A stretch of 64,000 nucleotides of DNA from an uncultured Planctomycetota bacterium (GTDB taxonomy: Bacteria; Planctomycetota; Planctomycetia; Isosphaerales; Isosphaeraceae). Both the position numbers and the translations under genes were made by a program. Each line of letters begins with the position of its first letter. The stretch's first letter is position 1. The notes under the pieces are model-generated. The model was not told where the DNA came from, ran no database searches, and saw only the letters and a list, made by a program, of their open reading frames with translations. The DNA lies in assembly GCA_963845755.1 (NCBI GenBank), contig CAWJTV010000015.1:110587-174586 (forward strand), written 5' to 3'. Shown here in pieces: positions 53,269-64,000 of the stretch.

Positions 53269-56049
53269 TCATCGGTCGGGCCCGTCGCCCTGAGGTTGTC
53301 CTTCGTGCCGCTTGATGACCACGAAGTTGCAGCCGTTGGACGCCACGTTGACCGTGAACCGTAGGTGGCCATCGGCTTGCCGTGGATGCGACGACGTGCT
53401 GGTCGGATGACACTCGGACGTCTTCCGGATCTCCTCGACCTCAACCGCAGGATAGGCCGTGGGACCCAGGGCGCCCCGGACAATGGCTGCGGCCGCGTCG
53501 CGGACGCGCCGGTCCTTCGCCTGCCCGGCCAGCGTGAAGACCGCTTCCAGGGTCGCGCGACGCGCCACGGCATCGAGTTTCATGAGCGTCTCGATGGCCT
53601 GGAGCTGGACCGCCGGATCGTCGCTTTCCAGGCCCTTCTTCACCTCCGCCAGCCGAACGGCGTCGGGCTGGCCACCCGGCCTGGGAAGATCGAGGATCGC
53701 ACGCATCAGCCGGAATGGCGAATTGTGTTCGCGATCGAAGCGATATTCCTGGACCTGAGCGTCCCCGGACCAGCCCAGTCCGTCGAGGTCGAGCGTCAAG
53801 TCGAAGGACGCCTCCGACCGCGACTGGGTGTCCTGCGCGTGGTGGGAGTAGAGCAGGATCCGAATGACTCCCCGGTCGTCGCGCGAGGCAACGCCGCTCG
53901 TCACGGTGCCGGCGACCACCCGATCCGGAAGGACCCAGTATTGGTCGCCGAAATCCGACAGCATCCCCAGCACGTGGAAGATCGGCATCGGGATGGTCAC
54001 GGTCCGGTCCGACCGGCCGTCTCCGTCATCGTCGCAATGGAGGACTCGCGTGATGGCGTTCAAGCCCGCGAAATTCGCGGGCGGCGGCCAGACCGTCAGG
54101 ATCGTCTCACCGTATGCATATCGGTGATCGCGAGCGGCCCGAAGGAGCTGGCGGTGCACGACGTCGGCACACCAGCTAGGGAAGTAGCCATTGCCCAGGT
54201 ACGCGTCGGTGGCCGCTTGTTCAGGTGGCGGCATCCAGTCGGGGCACGACTCGTGCGAGTTGACCCAGAGCGCTCGGTAGTAGTCCGGGTCGATCTCCAA
54301 CGCGAATTCCTTGGCCCGGATCAGCTTGTCGGCCATCAGCTCGGACCGGTTGTAGCTGTGGATCGAGATGAAATCACAGGGGCTCCCCTTGCCGCCGTGT
54401 TCGCGGCAGAGGGCCTCGACACGTTGGGATCGCATGCCATCGAGCCGATGGTCGGCCACGGCGGCGTTGAGGGGTAAAGCGCCCTCGGCGCGGGCACGGG
54501 GCGAGCAGTGGGCGAGGAACTCGCGAAGTCTCAGGTTCGTGCCGAAGATGCCGCCGAGCTCCAGGCCGCCGATGAAGACCTTCTTCGAGTCGTACCCGCG
54601 ATCCTCGAAGGCGCGGAGAATCGCGTCCGTCGTGTAATCGTAGAACCGCTGGAGCTCCTTCCAGTCGGCCCGCCAGAAAAGGGCACCCAGGTCCGGCTCG
54701 TTGAAGACGCTCCAGGTGAAGCCGAGGGCAGCGTCGCCGTAGCGTTCGATCACATGGCCGGCGATCGTGCCGGCCACCTCGTGCCACTGGACATAGTCCT
54801 TGACGGTCGTCCAGCTCCGGCCGTCGCGCGCCAGGTCTCCGGGAGCGTCCGCGAAGTTGACCATGATGCGACGGCCATACTTGCGGTGGGCCAGGTCCCA
54901 TTCCTTGTCGAGCCGCCCCCAGTAATAGCACGCTGTGCCGGGCGGGTCGAACTTGCGAAGGTAGCACCCGCCTGATGGGAAAAGCCCCGGCGCGTCGGGA
55001 TTCTCTCGTTCGGGGAGCGGACCCTCGTATGCGATCTTCCACCCGCCGGGCGGCCTCGCGATGGGAGTAACGGTGACTGTGCCAGCCGCACGATCCGCGG
55101 CCATGACCTTCGCTCGGGCGTCATGGACACCGTCGGCGATGAGCACCGTATCGCCCGGGCGATAGTCCTCGGACACCGATCGACCCGCCGGGATGCCGTA
55201 CTGCTCGTGACCGAACACGTCCTCGAGGCGGAGCACGACGCCCCCCGCGCGCGACTCCATCGCGGCGATCCGGCGCGTCTCGCGTTCGCGGACGATGTTG
55301 GGCAGCCTCTGCGGAAGGAATCCCGCGGGCCGGAACTCGGTGCCCGTCGGCCAGAAGTCGCGCTGATAACTCCAGGCCGAAGGATGCTGCTTACGAGCTT
55401 CGGCCATCAGCTCATACGTCGGCCCGTAATTCGCCGCCTCGCTGCAGAAGATCACGTTGCAGAGGCCCGAGAAGAACCGTCCCTGCCACTGGACCGGTGG
55501 GGCTCCGAGATCGATGGGGAACTCCAGAGTCCGGACGGAAGGAGTCGTTTCGGTCGTGAAGCTCCAGGTCCCCACATTCTCGGTTTGCCCGGTCCCACCG
55601 GCCGCGCCGGCCGACACTCGCACGCCATAAGTCGTCGCGGGCTCGAGCGGGCCCCGGGGCTCGATGTAGACTGCAAGCGCCCTGGCACCAGAGAGGTCAG
55701 TCCTGGGCTTCAACCATCCCGAGACCCGCTCGGCGAAGCGGCGACCGGGCCTGAGCAGATCAACGCCATCGCCTCGCTTCGACTCGAGTCGGACGGCCAC
55801 CGAATCGGGGCTCACATCCCGGGGATTGCTCGTCCTTGCGGACAACGCGAGCTCGAAGTACAGGCTCGTCCGAAGCGGGACATCCCGCGCGTCGCGGAAC
55901 GGCCGGGGACTACCGTGCGGATCGGGCACACGCTCAACCAACTTGACCGTCTGACCGAGCGACGTGCCGGCGCCGAGCGGCTCGAGGGCAAGGAGGAGGA
56001 ACGCCACGGATTTGCGAGTGGGCCAGGCCATTTCAAGAAGCCCGAACAC
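53269..56049 (-). CDS. Secreted glycoside-hydrolase-like protein (clan GH-A / GH39-like), N-terminal Ig-like domain, C-terminal HEAT-like repeats (tentative)
   Basis: ORF 53269..56049 is an intact 926 aa, with signal AFLLLALEPLGAG. The Ig-like region reads PATTYGVRVSAG..GTWSFTT. The TIM-barrel-like core carries WSVFNEPDL and FISIHSYN. The tail reads DPAVQLQAIETLMKLD..RRVRDAAAAIV. Confidence 0.7.
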   Translation of the reverse strand: MFGLLEMAWPTRKSVAFLLLALEPLGAGTSLGQTVKLVERVPDPHGSPRPFRDARDVPLRTSLYFELALSARTSNPRDVSPDSVAVRLESKRGDGVDLLRPGRRFAERVSGWLKPRTDLSGARALAVYIEPRGPLEPATTYGVRVSAGAAGGTGQTENVGTWSFTTETTPSVRTLEFPIDLGAPPVQWQGRFFSGLCNVIFCSEAANYGPTYELMAEARKQHPSAWSYQRDFWPTGTEFRPAGFLPQRLPNIVRERETRRIAAMESRAGGVVLRLEDVFGHEQYGIPAGRSVSEDYRPGDTVLIADGVHDARAKVMAADRAAGTVTVTPIARPPGGWKIAYEGPLPERENPDAPGLFPSGGCYLRKFDPPGTACYYWGRLDKEWDLAHRKYGRRIMVNFADAPGDLARDGRSWTTVKDYVQWHEVAGTIAGHVIERYGDAALGFTWSVFNEPDLGALFWRADWKELQRFYDYTTDAILRAFEDRGYDSKKVFIGGLELGGIFGTNLRLREFLAHCSPRARAEGALPLNAAVADHRLDGMRSQRVEALCREHGGKGSPCDFISIHSYNRSELMADKLIRAKEFALEIDPDYYRALWVNSHESCPDWMPPPEQAATDAYLGNGYFPSWCADVVHRQLLRAARDHRYAYGETILTVWPPPANFAGLNAITRVLHCDDDGDGRSDRTVTIPMPIFHVLGMLSDFGDQYWVLPDRVVAGTVTSGVASRDDRGVIRILLYSHHAQDTQSRSEASFDLTLDLDGLGWSGDAQVQEYRFDREHNSPFRLMRAILDLPRPGGQPDAVRLAEVKKGLESDDPAVQLQAIETLMKLDAVARRATLEAVFTLAGQAKDRRVRDAAAAIVRGALGPTAYPAVEVEEIRKTSECHPTSTSSHPRQADGHLRFTVNVASNGCNFVVIKRHEGQPQGDGPDR

Positions 56050-56646
56050 GCTTCACGGGAGAGTCGCGTACGTCACCTCGATCGTGTGGTGCGTGCCGGA
56101 CCTCGGCGCGAAGGGCTCGAGGGTTGTCCTCCTGGTAACAGGTGAAATAACAGGTGGAGCGTCCGCACGCCAGTTTCATCGGCATTTACCGATAATATAA
56201 AAAATCTAAATATTAATATGTTCACAAATTCGGTGTACAATTCATTTGCAGATTGCCCTCGCTGCCGAACGGGCCTGCGTGCCGGACACGCCGGCGGAGT
56301 TCACCTGGCCTGCGACTGAGGCCGGGCGAGTCTCTCAGGGCACCAACCCATCACGTTGCGGAGCGTCGGTTTGCCGGGATGGAATCCGGCGGGCTCGCGG
56401 GACGTTCAACTTGAATGTTACCCGCACCGCGACCGAATCGCCACGCCCCGTCATTGCAACATGAGTCCGAGAGAGACTGGATTGGCCCGTGCCCCGGGGT
56501 TATGCTCTACGCTCGAGTGGGCACCGGCAAGGGCGACGCGTTGTCTGCAGGCTCAGCGCCTTGCCTCTCACTCGAAGGCATGCGCTCTCAATGCATCTAT
56601 CCGGCGCCACGAATGACGCCCGATCGCGCGAGGGGAGGGAGACACG

Positions 56647-59430
56647 ATGTGGTTCTGGGTACAGGCGGCACTGGCCGCCACGATCGCCGTTACTCTGGTC
56701 TTGCTCTACTCGAGGTTCATCTCGGACCTTCTACGTTACTTGCTCGATCACATGGGTCAGACGGTGATCCTCATCCTCCTTTACTTGATCGTTTACGCGC
56801 AAGTCGGTGGTGCAGCTGGGAGTCCCCTACTTGTTCTGGAACGAGGAGCCGGTGACTCGGTTCTCCGCGGCCGTCGGTTGCACGCTGCTGTTGGCGTTGC
56901 TCGGGATCAACGCTTACTACCTCATTCCCGAAAACCAACAGGTCGAGGTGATGGACCGGATCGAGGCGTTCCTCGCCCGCAGGTCCGTCTTGAAGCTCCC
57001 GTTCGGGCGTTGGCTCGAACCGAGCCGTGGGAACGCAGTCGAATTGAGCCGCTTTCTGCGGGCTGCCCGATTCCCGTTCCTGATGATGCTCTTTCTGCCG
57101 GCGCTACTGCCCCTGGTCTTCCCGGTCGTGCCCCGTTATGCGCCCGTCGCATCGGAGGATTTGGAGAGGCTCCTCAACTGGGCGAATCGGCACGACCTCT
57201 ACGACGAGTGGAACCGGCACCCCGATGTCTCTGCCCACGTCCCGGCTTACCTGTTCGGGCTGGCCATCTGGGCCGCAGGGTTATTGACCGGCGTGGTCGT
57301 CGTCAAGTTCGCCATCAAGGCGACATCTTCACTCCACCCGCTGGTCAAGCGGTTCGACGCCTTCGTCTTCCCGCCGGTCCGTCGGGTACTCGTGCGGTTG
57401 AGCGAGTTGCTGCGTGGGACCACCAACCGCCCATCCGCCATAACGATCTCGGCCGCAAAGCTGAACTCGATCATCACGTTCTTCGGCGTCACGATCCTTT
57501 GCTATATCGCGTTCGGTACGGTCTTTTACGGGAACCACGACCTCGGCCTGTTCGTGTATCGGGGGGTGGCGCCGCATGTGCCATCTGTGCCCTTCTGGGC
57601 ATCCTGGCGATGGCGACCGCCGCGTTTGAACTGACCAGGCCACGGTTCCGGCTGCTGGTCGTCGCCGTGGCGATCGGCTGGATCGGCTGGATGAACCACG
57701 ACCCCTTCAAGCTTCGGTTCGAGAACCTGCCGCACTATCCGCCCGAGCGCCCAGTCGTGCTCACGGAGGCGACGGTATTCAAGTCGTACGACGACCCGAA
57801 TTTTCGCCCCAAGTCGCTCGTCGACGAGAGTCAGTTGCTGCCGCGCTGGGCCCAATACGCACAGGCGAACTCCGCATTTCCCGGCGCAAGCCGAAACTGG
57901 CCGTCGTCTGCGTATCCGGTGGCGCGACCCGGTCGGCGTACTGGAGCGCGCTGGTCCTGGATCGGCTCGATCGAAGGATCGACCCGGCCCATCCGTTCCA
58001 CAACCACGTCCGGCTGATAACGGGCGCCTCGGGGGGCATGGTCGGCACCGCGTATTACGTGAAGTGGCTGTACGACAATCACCCTCGGTCCGACCCCGCG
58101 AAGAGAAGAATCTGGCCGTCCGGTCAAGACCGTTGGTACTGGGTGATGCCGATCGACAGCCTCAGAGCCGTGGCGCGCTCGCTCGCGCTCCGCGAGACAT
58201 GGAGGATGTTGGTCCCGCGCTGGGGGAAGAACTTCGACGACCGGGGGAATGTCCTGGAGAAGGACTGGGGCGATCTCCGCCTGGTCGCGTTTTCCGACCT
58301 CCGCCCCCTGGAGGAGGCGGGCGAGCTGCCGTCGCTGATCTTCTCGCCGATGACCGTCGATGACGGGCGCCGTCTCTTGATCAGCAACCTGGATCTCCGG
58401 ACCGACGCCCCGACGCCGAGCGAGCCGACGGCTCATGCCCTTCCGCTCAACCGGGGGAGCGCGCTCAACGGCGATAACGATGGGACGAAGATGGAGCGTT
58501 ACTCGCTCTCCGGGATCGAGTTCTTCAAGGTATTCCCGGGTGCGAACGACTTCCAGCTTTCGACCGCCGCGCGAATGAGCGCGACGTTCCCGTGGGTGTC
58601 CCCCGCGGTGAACCTGCCCACCGACCCGCCTCTCCGGGTCGTCGACGCCGGTTACTTCGACAACTTCGGAGTCAACATCGCGGGCGCCTGGCTGCACCTT
58701 CACCAAGATTGGATCGTCGCGAACACGTCGGGAGTGGTCCTCATCCAGATCCGCGATTCCGTGAGCCGGAACGACCGATTGGGTTTTCCCGAGCCCGAGA
58801 CCTACGGCGCGATCGAGCAGGCGCTTGCGGGGTTCCAGTTCCTCTTCAGCCCGGTCGACGCGGTGCTCGCGGCGCGGACGACCTCAGCGATCTACCGGAA
58901 CGACCAGGCGGTTGCCGCGATCGGGGAGAGCTTCACGCGACTGACGAAGGACCCGGCGTTCTTCACCACGGTCGCCTTTGAGAACTCCGCCGAGGTCACC
59001 GTCGATCAGGCCCAGGATCGATGGGGACGACACCTGGTCCGACATCCAGAACGACACTTCGTCCTCCGAGGTCCCGTCGTCTTCCACGACGGTGGCGATG
59101 AGCTGGTACCTGACCCAGGCCGAGGTCCGTGCCCTCGAGAACGCCATTCCCGAGTTGAACGTGACCCCGGGCTTTTCGAAGCAGCGGGAGGAGTGGATCG
59201 TCACGCACGCCAGGAAGGTCGCCGACGTGCCCCGCGGCAGCGCCGAGCGAATGCGATTGATGCGCCAGTTGGACCGTGCCCGCATGTTCAACGAACTCGC
59301 CGGGAACGCCGAGCGCGTTCGACGCTCTCGCGAAGTGGTGGAGGGAAGATCATACGGTCAAGGCCAGATGATCAGTTCGGCGATGCCAAGGCTGAGCGGG
59401 CGAACTCCGAGTCTGTTCCAGAACGGGTAA
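56647..59430 (+). CDS. Patatin-like phospholipase with a large N-terminal polytopic membrane domain, four frame breaks
   Basis: Assembled from ORFs 56647..58017, 56807..57634, 58038..59498 and 58978..59430, with joins near 56803, 57560, 57885 and 59015. About 400 N-terminal residues carry several TM helices. Patatin motifs follow: CVSGGATRSAYW (G-G-x-R), ITGASGGMVG (GxSxG), VVDAGYFDNFG (catalytic D-G/A). Confidence 0.82.
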
Positions 59431-59573
59431 TTCCGGTCGAGCGGGGGGCGTCAGCCCCCACCCCCGTCGGAGTCGCCATCTGGCCGGAATTCTTCTGACC
59501 GATGGATCACCGTCTCCGAGGGATTCGCCAATGTGGCCGGCGTTGACGATGAGGGCGCGGAGATCGTCGTCAC

Positions 59574-59792
59574 TCACCCAGTCGCGCCGTTATACTGGAA
59601 CCCGACAATGGTCGAAGACGAACTCGGGTACGATCCCGCCACCTGCCCCAGATTGTTGAGATTCGCGCTGGTGATCGCCGCGGTCCAAGGCGAGGTGGGG
59701 GCTCGATTGGTGAGTGCGGTGACCGTATACAACGGATCGGCACCCGCCCGAGTCCCGATCGCGAGGACGAAGACGGAACCAACCAAAACCAT
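59574..59792 (-). pseudogene. Short N-terminal fragment of a HAF-repeat-like secreted protein (72 codons)
   Basis: ORF 59574..59792: MVLVGSVFVLAIGTRAGA (signal) DPLYTVTALTN..ANLNNLGQVAGS..FQYNGATG*. It stops after one repeat-like unit, and neighbouring frames give no convincing continuation. Confidence 0.35.
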
Positions 59793-60162
59793 CCGGCGAG
59801 CGCGGTACGTAATGCTTGCTCATGCTACCATCCATGGATGACAGTCAGCGTAACAGCATGCACGTCGATCCGTGGATGCTTAACCGATTCCCGAGTCGGC
59901 GGCAACGTCAATTTCCCGGGATGCATGCTCGTCTCTGGACCGGCCTCCAGGCTGCGCCGAGCGTGAGGTGCTCGAGTACCACCCATCCAGATCGTCGGCG
60001 CGTGGACGAGTCCATCGACCTCCGGATTCGGAGGCTTACCCAGAACCCATGCGCTGCAGTAACTTACGATCACTCCTGCACTTCTCTGGTTCGCGGTCGC
60101 GCGTTAGCATTGATGAGCGACTCCCTCGTTACTGAGATCGACTACCGCCGGGAGCAAGGTCG

Positions 60163-60794
60163 ATGAAGCCGGGCTCCGGAGCCAAAGCCGACGGCGAGGA
60201 CCCAGTTCCTCCGCCGACGAACGCTGTGATCCGCATTCTCTCGGACATCGAGCATGGCGACCCGGCTGCGGCCGAGCGTCTCCTGCCCCTGGTGTACGAT
60301 GAGTTGCGCAACCTCGCCGCGCAGATGCTCGCTCAGGAGAAGCCAGGGCAGACCCTCCAGCCCACCGCGCTGGTGCACGAGGCGTACCTCCGGCTGGTCG
60401 GGGATGAGCCCGAGAAGCCCTGGAACGGGCGCCGGCATTTCTTCGGCGCCGCGGCCGAGGCGATGCGTCGGGTCCTGATCGACCGGGCCCGCAATCGTTC
60501 GACGGCAAAAGCGCGGCGGGGAGTCGCCGGCGCGTTCGGATCGACCTCGAGGCTCTCCTCGTCGATCCACCCGACGAGGACCTTCTGGCATTGGACGAGG
60601 CTCTGGAGGCAATGGTGCGCGAGGACCCAGCCGGGGCCGAGCTGGTCCGGTTACGCGCCTTCGCGGGCCTGACGCTCGGCGAGGCGGCCGAGGTGCTGGG
60701 CATCGGTCGCCGCACCGCCGACCGCTACTGGGCTTATGCCCGTGCCTGGCTCTGCGACGCGTTGAGCGGAGACGAGTCGGCCTCTCCTACCTGA
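60163..60794 (+). CDS. ECF-type RNA polymerase sigma factor (TIGR02999-like), two frame breaks
   Basis: ORF 60163..60672 reads ..[74 protein letters not shown]. It continues as RRQKRGGE, then [76 protein letters not shown] (stop 60792-60794). Joins are near 60498 and 60520. Confidence 0.88.
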
Positions 60795-60885
60795 TCGAAA
60801 AAACGTGCCGACCTGGCGCAGTTCGGGCGAAAACGGAGCATGGAGGGGGAAGGAAGCGAATTTTGCTCAGAAAAGGGGATCGATC

Positions 60886-63800
60886 TTGGACCAGGCCAGA
60901 AGCGATGCGAAGGCGATATTTATGGAGGCTCTGGACCGCGAACCCGGCGCCGAGCGGGCCGCGTACCTGCATGCCGCCTGCGGGGACCGCTTCGATCTGA
61001 GAAAGCGAGTCGAGACCCTCCTTGCGGCCCACGAGCGGGCCGACGAAGTGCTCGGGCCTGATTTGGGCCCGAAGGACGCGGCCACCGTCGCCATGACCTT
61101 CGTTCCCGGCCCGGGACCGGAGATCGAGCCGACCCAGGCCATCGCCTCACGCGCCAATACCCTCGGCGCGACCGTCGCCCCGACTGCGGGCGTCGATGCC
61201 GGAGTTGAGACGGCCGCTTACCCCGAAAGCCGAAATGGCGACGGCTTGGCCCAAGGTACGACGGTCCGCTACTTCGGCGACTACGAGATCCTGGGTGAAC
61301 TGGGCCGCGGCGGTATGGGCGTCGTGTACAAGGCCCGGCAGGTCTCTCTCAACCGAGCGGTGGCCCTCAAGGTGGTGCGTTCGGGGGTTCTGGCCGGCGA
61401 CGACGAATTGCGCCGATTCCAGAATGAGGCCGAAGCCGTGGCCATGCTCGACCACCCGGGCATCGTCCCGGTGTATGAGGTCGGCGAACACAACGGTCAG
61501 CGCTACCTCAGCATGAAACTGATCGAGGGCACCAGCCTCGTCCCCGCGCTCGCGAAGTACAAGGACGACCCGACTGCAGCCGCCCGGCTCGTCGTCGAGG
61601 CGGCCGGGGCTGTGGCCCATGCCCACATGCGCGGGATTCTGCATCGCGATCTCAAGCCGGCGAACATCCTGGTTCGACCCGGATGGCCGCCCGCACGTCA
61701 CCGACTTCGGCCTGGCCAAGCGCCTGGAGGAGGACGTCGAGCTCACCCAGTCGGGCGCGATCCTGGGCACGCCCGCCTACATGTCGCCCGAGCAGGCCAA
61801 GGGCCGCCGTGGTACGATCACCACGGCCACCGACGTCTACGGCCTGGGGGCCGTGCTCTATGCACTTCTGGCCGGAAAGGCACCCTTCGGCGAAGACAGC
61901 GTGCTGGACACCCTGCAAGCGGTGAAGGAGCACGCTCCCGAACCACCTACCCGGTTCAACGCCAAGGTGTCCCGCGACCTGGAAAGGATCTGTCTCAAGT
62001 GTTTGGAGAAGCATCCGCGCCATCGCTACCCGACGGCTCAGGCCCTGGCCGACGACCTTTGCGCCTGGCTGGAGCACCGGCCCCTCGCGGCGCGGCGCGT
62101 CGGCGCGGCCGAGCGCGCCTGGCTCTGGTGCCGGCGTCGGCCGGCACTGCGCGGGACTTCTTGCGGCGCTTCTCACGGCGTTTGCGCTCTTGATCATCGG
62201 AGCGACGGGTTTCTCGATCGTCTATGCCCGCCAGCAGGCCGACCGGGCGCGGACCGAGCGAGTCCTGCGCCTGGAGGCGATGCAGGAGCGGGATCGTAAT
62301 GCCGCGCGAGGCGTACATCAGCAGCATCAACCTCGCCTGGCATGAGTGGCAGGACGCAAACCCGGCCCGGGTCCGCGACCTCCTCGAAGCGACACGGCCT
62401 GCGTCGGGCGGCCTCGACTTTCGGAGCTTCGAATGGTTCTACCTGGATCAACTCGGCCGGACACCCCTCTGGACCTACACGGCGAACGAGTTGTTCGGGT
62501 CGAACCTCGTATTGGGTCCTGAAGGCACCTGGGTTGCCGCGGCGCTGAACCGGCGTGATGGCCAAGCGAACGACATCGTCGTCCTCGATGCCCACACGGG
62601 GAAGGAGATTCGGAAGATCGTCGGACGGCGCGTTCCGTTCACCCAGATCGCGATCAGCCCTGTTGACAACCAGCTTGTCACCTTGGACGCCGACGGAATG
62701 GTCGTCTTTCTTGATGTCGAAACCGGCGAGGAACGACAGAGGCTCTTCAGCACGTCGATCCAACCGACGGGTGTGGGACGTGTGACGTTCAGCCACGATG
62801 GTCGGTATCTGGCCAGGCCGGTGCCGAAATCGCCGCCGGATTCCTCTCGATCCTCGGTCGAACTCTGGGATGTTGCGGCGAAACGAAAGGTCCAGAGCTT
62901 TTCGATGCGCCCGGACGATCTCGGAGCCCGGCCGTTCAGTGTGAGCCCCGACGGGAGCCGCATGGCCATCGCGTCTGGGAAGCTGAACATCTGGAACGTA
63001 TCGACGGGCAAGGTCGAGAAGGAGATCGACACGAGCGCGCTTCTCACCGACGTGTCTTTTAGTCCCGACGGCACGTCGTTGGCCGTGGCAACGTTCACGG
63101 GCTGGATTGGACTCTGGGATCCCGCAACGGGTCTCCGTGGCAGGACACTCAGCGGCCACCGAGGCGAGATCCATCGGATCGACTTCAGTCCAGACGGAAG
63201 GCGACTGGCGTCCGCCGGCCGTGACCGGGTCGTCAGGATCTGGGACGTTTTCTCCGGGAACCTTCACCTCGAGCTGCGCGGTCATGAATCCGAGATCTGG
63301 GACGTGGGCTTCACTCGCGATGGCCATCACCTCGTATCGGTCGGCTTCCACGATGGCGAGGTCAAACTCTGGGGCACTGAACGAGCACCGGAGTCGAACG
63401 TGCTGAGCCAGGAGCCACTTTCTCCCATGATCCTCCCGACGTTCGGGCTGGCCTTCAGTCCCGACGGTCGAGTGCTCGCGGCGACACAGGCCGCGGGAAC
63501 CCTCCAGGTATGGGATCCCGGCGGGAGCCGGCCGCTGTACCGGATCGACAGCCGCGCCGCGATCGGCCGCGGTTGGGTTGCGATCGGCCCCAGGTCGGAC
63601 GTGCTTGCGATGCTGGATGACAAACGATCGATCGTCCTCCGAAATCCGTTCGACCGGCGCCGAGATTCGGACCCTGGACTCCTCCGAAAGCAGCCGAGTG
63701 TGTGTCTTCAGCCTGAATGGCCGGTTCCTGGTCGGGGGTAGCGATCGGGTGAACACGATTCGGGTCTGGGAAGTGGCCTCGGGACGACTCGTTGCGATCC

Positions 63801-64000
63801 TCGATGGTCATGCCCAGCCCGTCGAATGCCTGGCCTTCAGTCCAGACGGAGGGAAACTGGCGTCCGGCAGCTTCGACAAGACCGTGAGGATCTGGGACTT
63901 CGCCTCACGAAAGGAGGTGATGGTCTATCGCGGCCACTCCAGCGGGATCGCCAGCGTTGCCTTTCATCCGGATGGGCAGAGCCTTGCCTCCTCAAGTTTG
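60886..64000 (+). CDS. Ser/Thr protein kinase fused to a TM helix and WD40 beta-propeller repeats; 3' end beyond window; three frame breaks
   Basis: The start is probably TTG 60886 (AAGGGGA upstream) or ATG 60922. The N-terminal region reads [39 protein letters not shown]. Kinase motifs are [32 protein letters not shown] and [13 protein letters not shown] helix [19 protein letters not shown] follows, then WD40 units ([31 protein letters not shown] etc.). Joins are near 61675, 62150 and 63658. The gene is open at 64000. Confidence 0.92.

Noticed and set aside
56647-59430. The patatin gene as a CBASS/anti-phage effector.
   Set aside because: No cyclase, sensor or other defence gene is adjacent. 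Its neighbours are a glycoside-hydrolase-like gene and a gene fragment. The N-terminal polytopic domain differs from CapV-type soluble patatins.
59816-60166. ORFs 59816..60166(+) and 59825..60073(-) between the HAF-like fragment and the sigma factor.
   Set aside because: Neither shows a recognisable motif, and their translations look non-coding. The region more likely holds the sigma-factor promoter.
621-63700. Programmed ribosomal frameshifting or an alternative decoding mechanism as the explanation for the frame breaks.
   Set aside because: The breaks occur in both directions and in unrelated gene families. I noticed no shared slippery heptamer or downstream structure. Several sit in plain homopolymers. 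The one gene class where frameshifting is common, the IS transposase, is a single intact ORF here.
1820-63756. Many long ORFs antisense to, or out of frame with, the genes reported above. Examples: 1820..2944(-), 12820..13860(-), 14321..15610(+), 16412..17668(-), 25016..25939(-), the 29466-30903 part of 28363..30903(+), 32695..33648(-), 34058..35449(-), 37520..38545(-), 47639..48424(-), 62194..63756(-).
   Set aside because: Their translations are dominated by R/P/G/A/S with no recognisable motifs. Each lies opposite or overlapping a frame with strong family signatures. Such shadow ORFs are expected in DNA this GC-rich.

Overview
High-GC chromosomal segment whose gene content looks planctomycete. 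That placement is an inference from a DUF1559 pseudopilin-like protein, three CRTAC1/ASPIC-UnbV FG-GAP proteins, many membrane-anchored TPR proteins, TM-sulfatases, an ECF sigma factor next to a Ser/Thr kinase-WD40 fusion, and GC-rich REP-like palindromes. I can support about 45 protein genes, one apparently intact IS5-family insertion sequence (inverted repeats plus a 3-bp target duplication), a 7-bp microsatellite, and several dispersed repeat families. I found no rRNA, tRNA, CRISPR array or cas-like gene. Main caveat: roughly 50 single-nucleotide frame breaks interrupt about 25 otherwise well-conserved genes. Most long genes are therefore reported as one locus spanning several ORF-track pieces, with approximate break positions. 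This looks like consensus indel error rather than biology, but the sequence alone cannot settle it. All family names come from motif recognition by eye, not from database searches. I see no fully convincing new system. The best follow-up candidates are: (i) the TPR / CRTAC1 / heptahaem-cytochrome cluster at 28.3-40.8 kb; (ii) a low-GC four-gene islet at 50.9-52.3 kb; (iii) the ECF sigma / kinase-WD40 module at the right edge; (iv) the layered non-coding repeat architecture.
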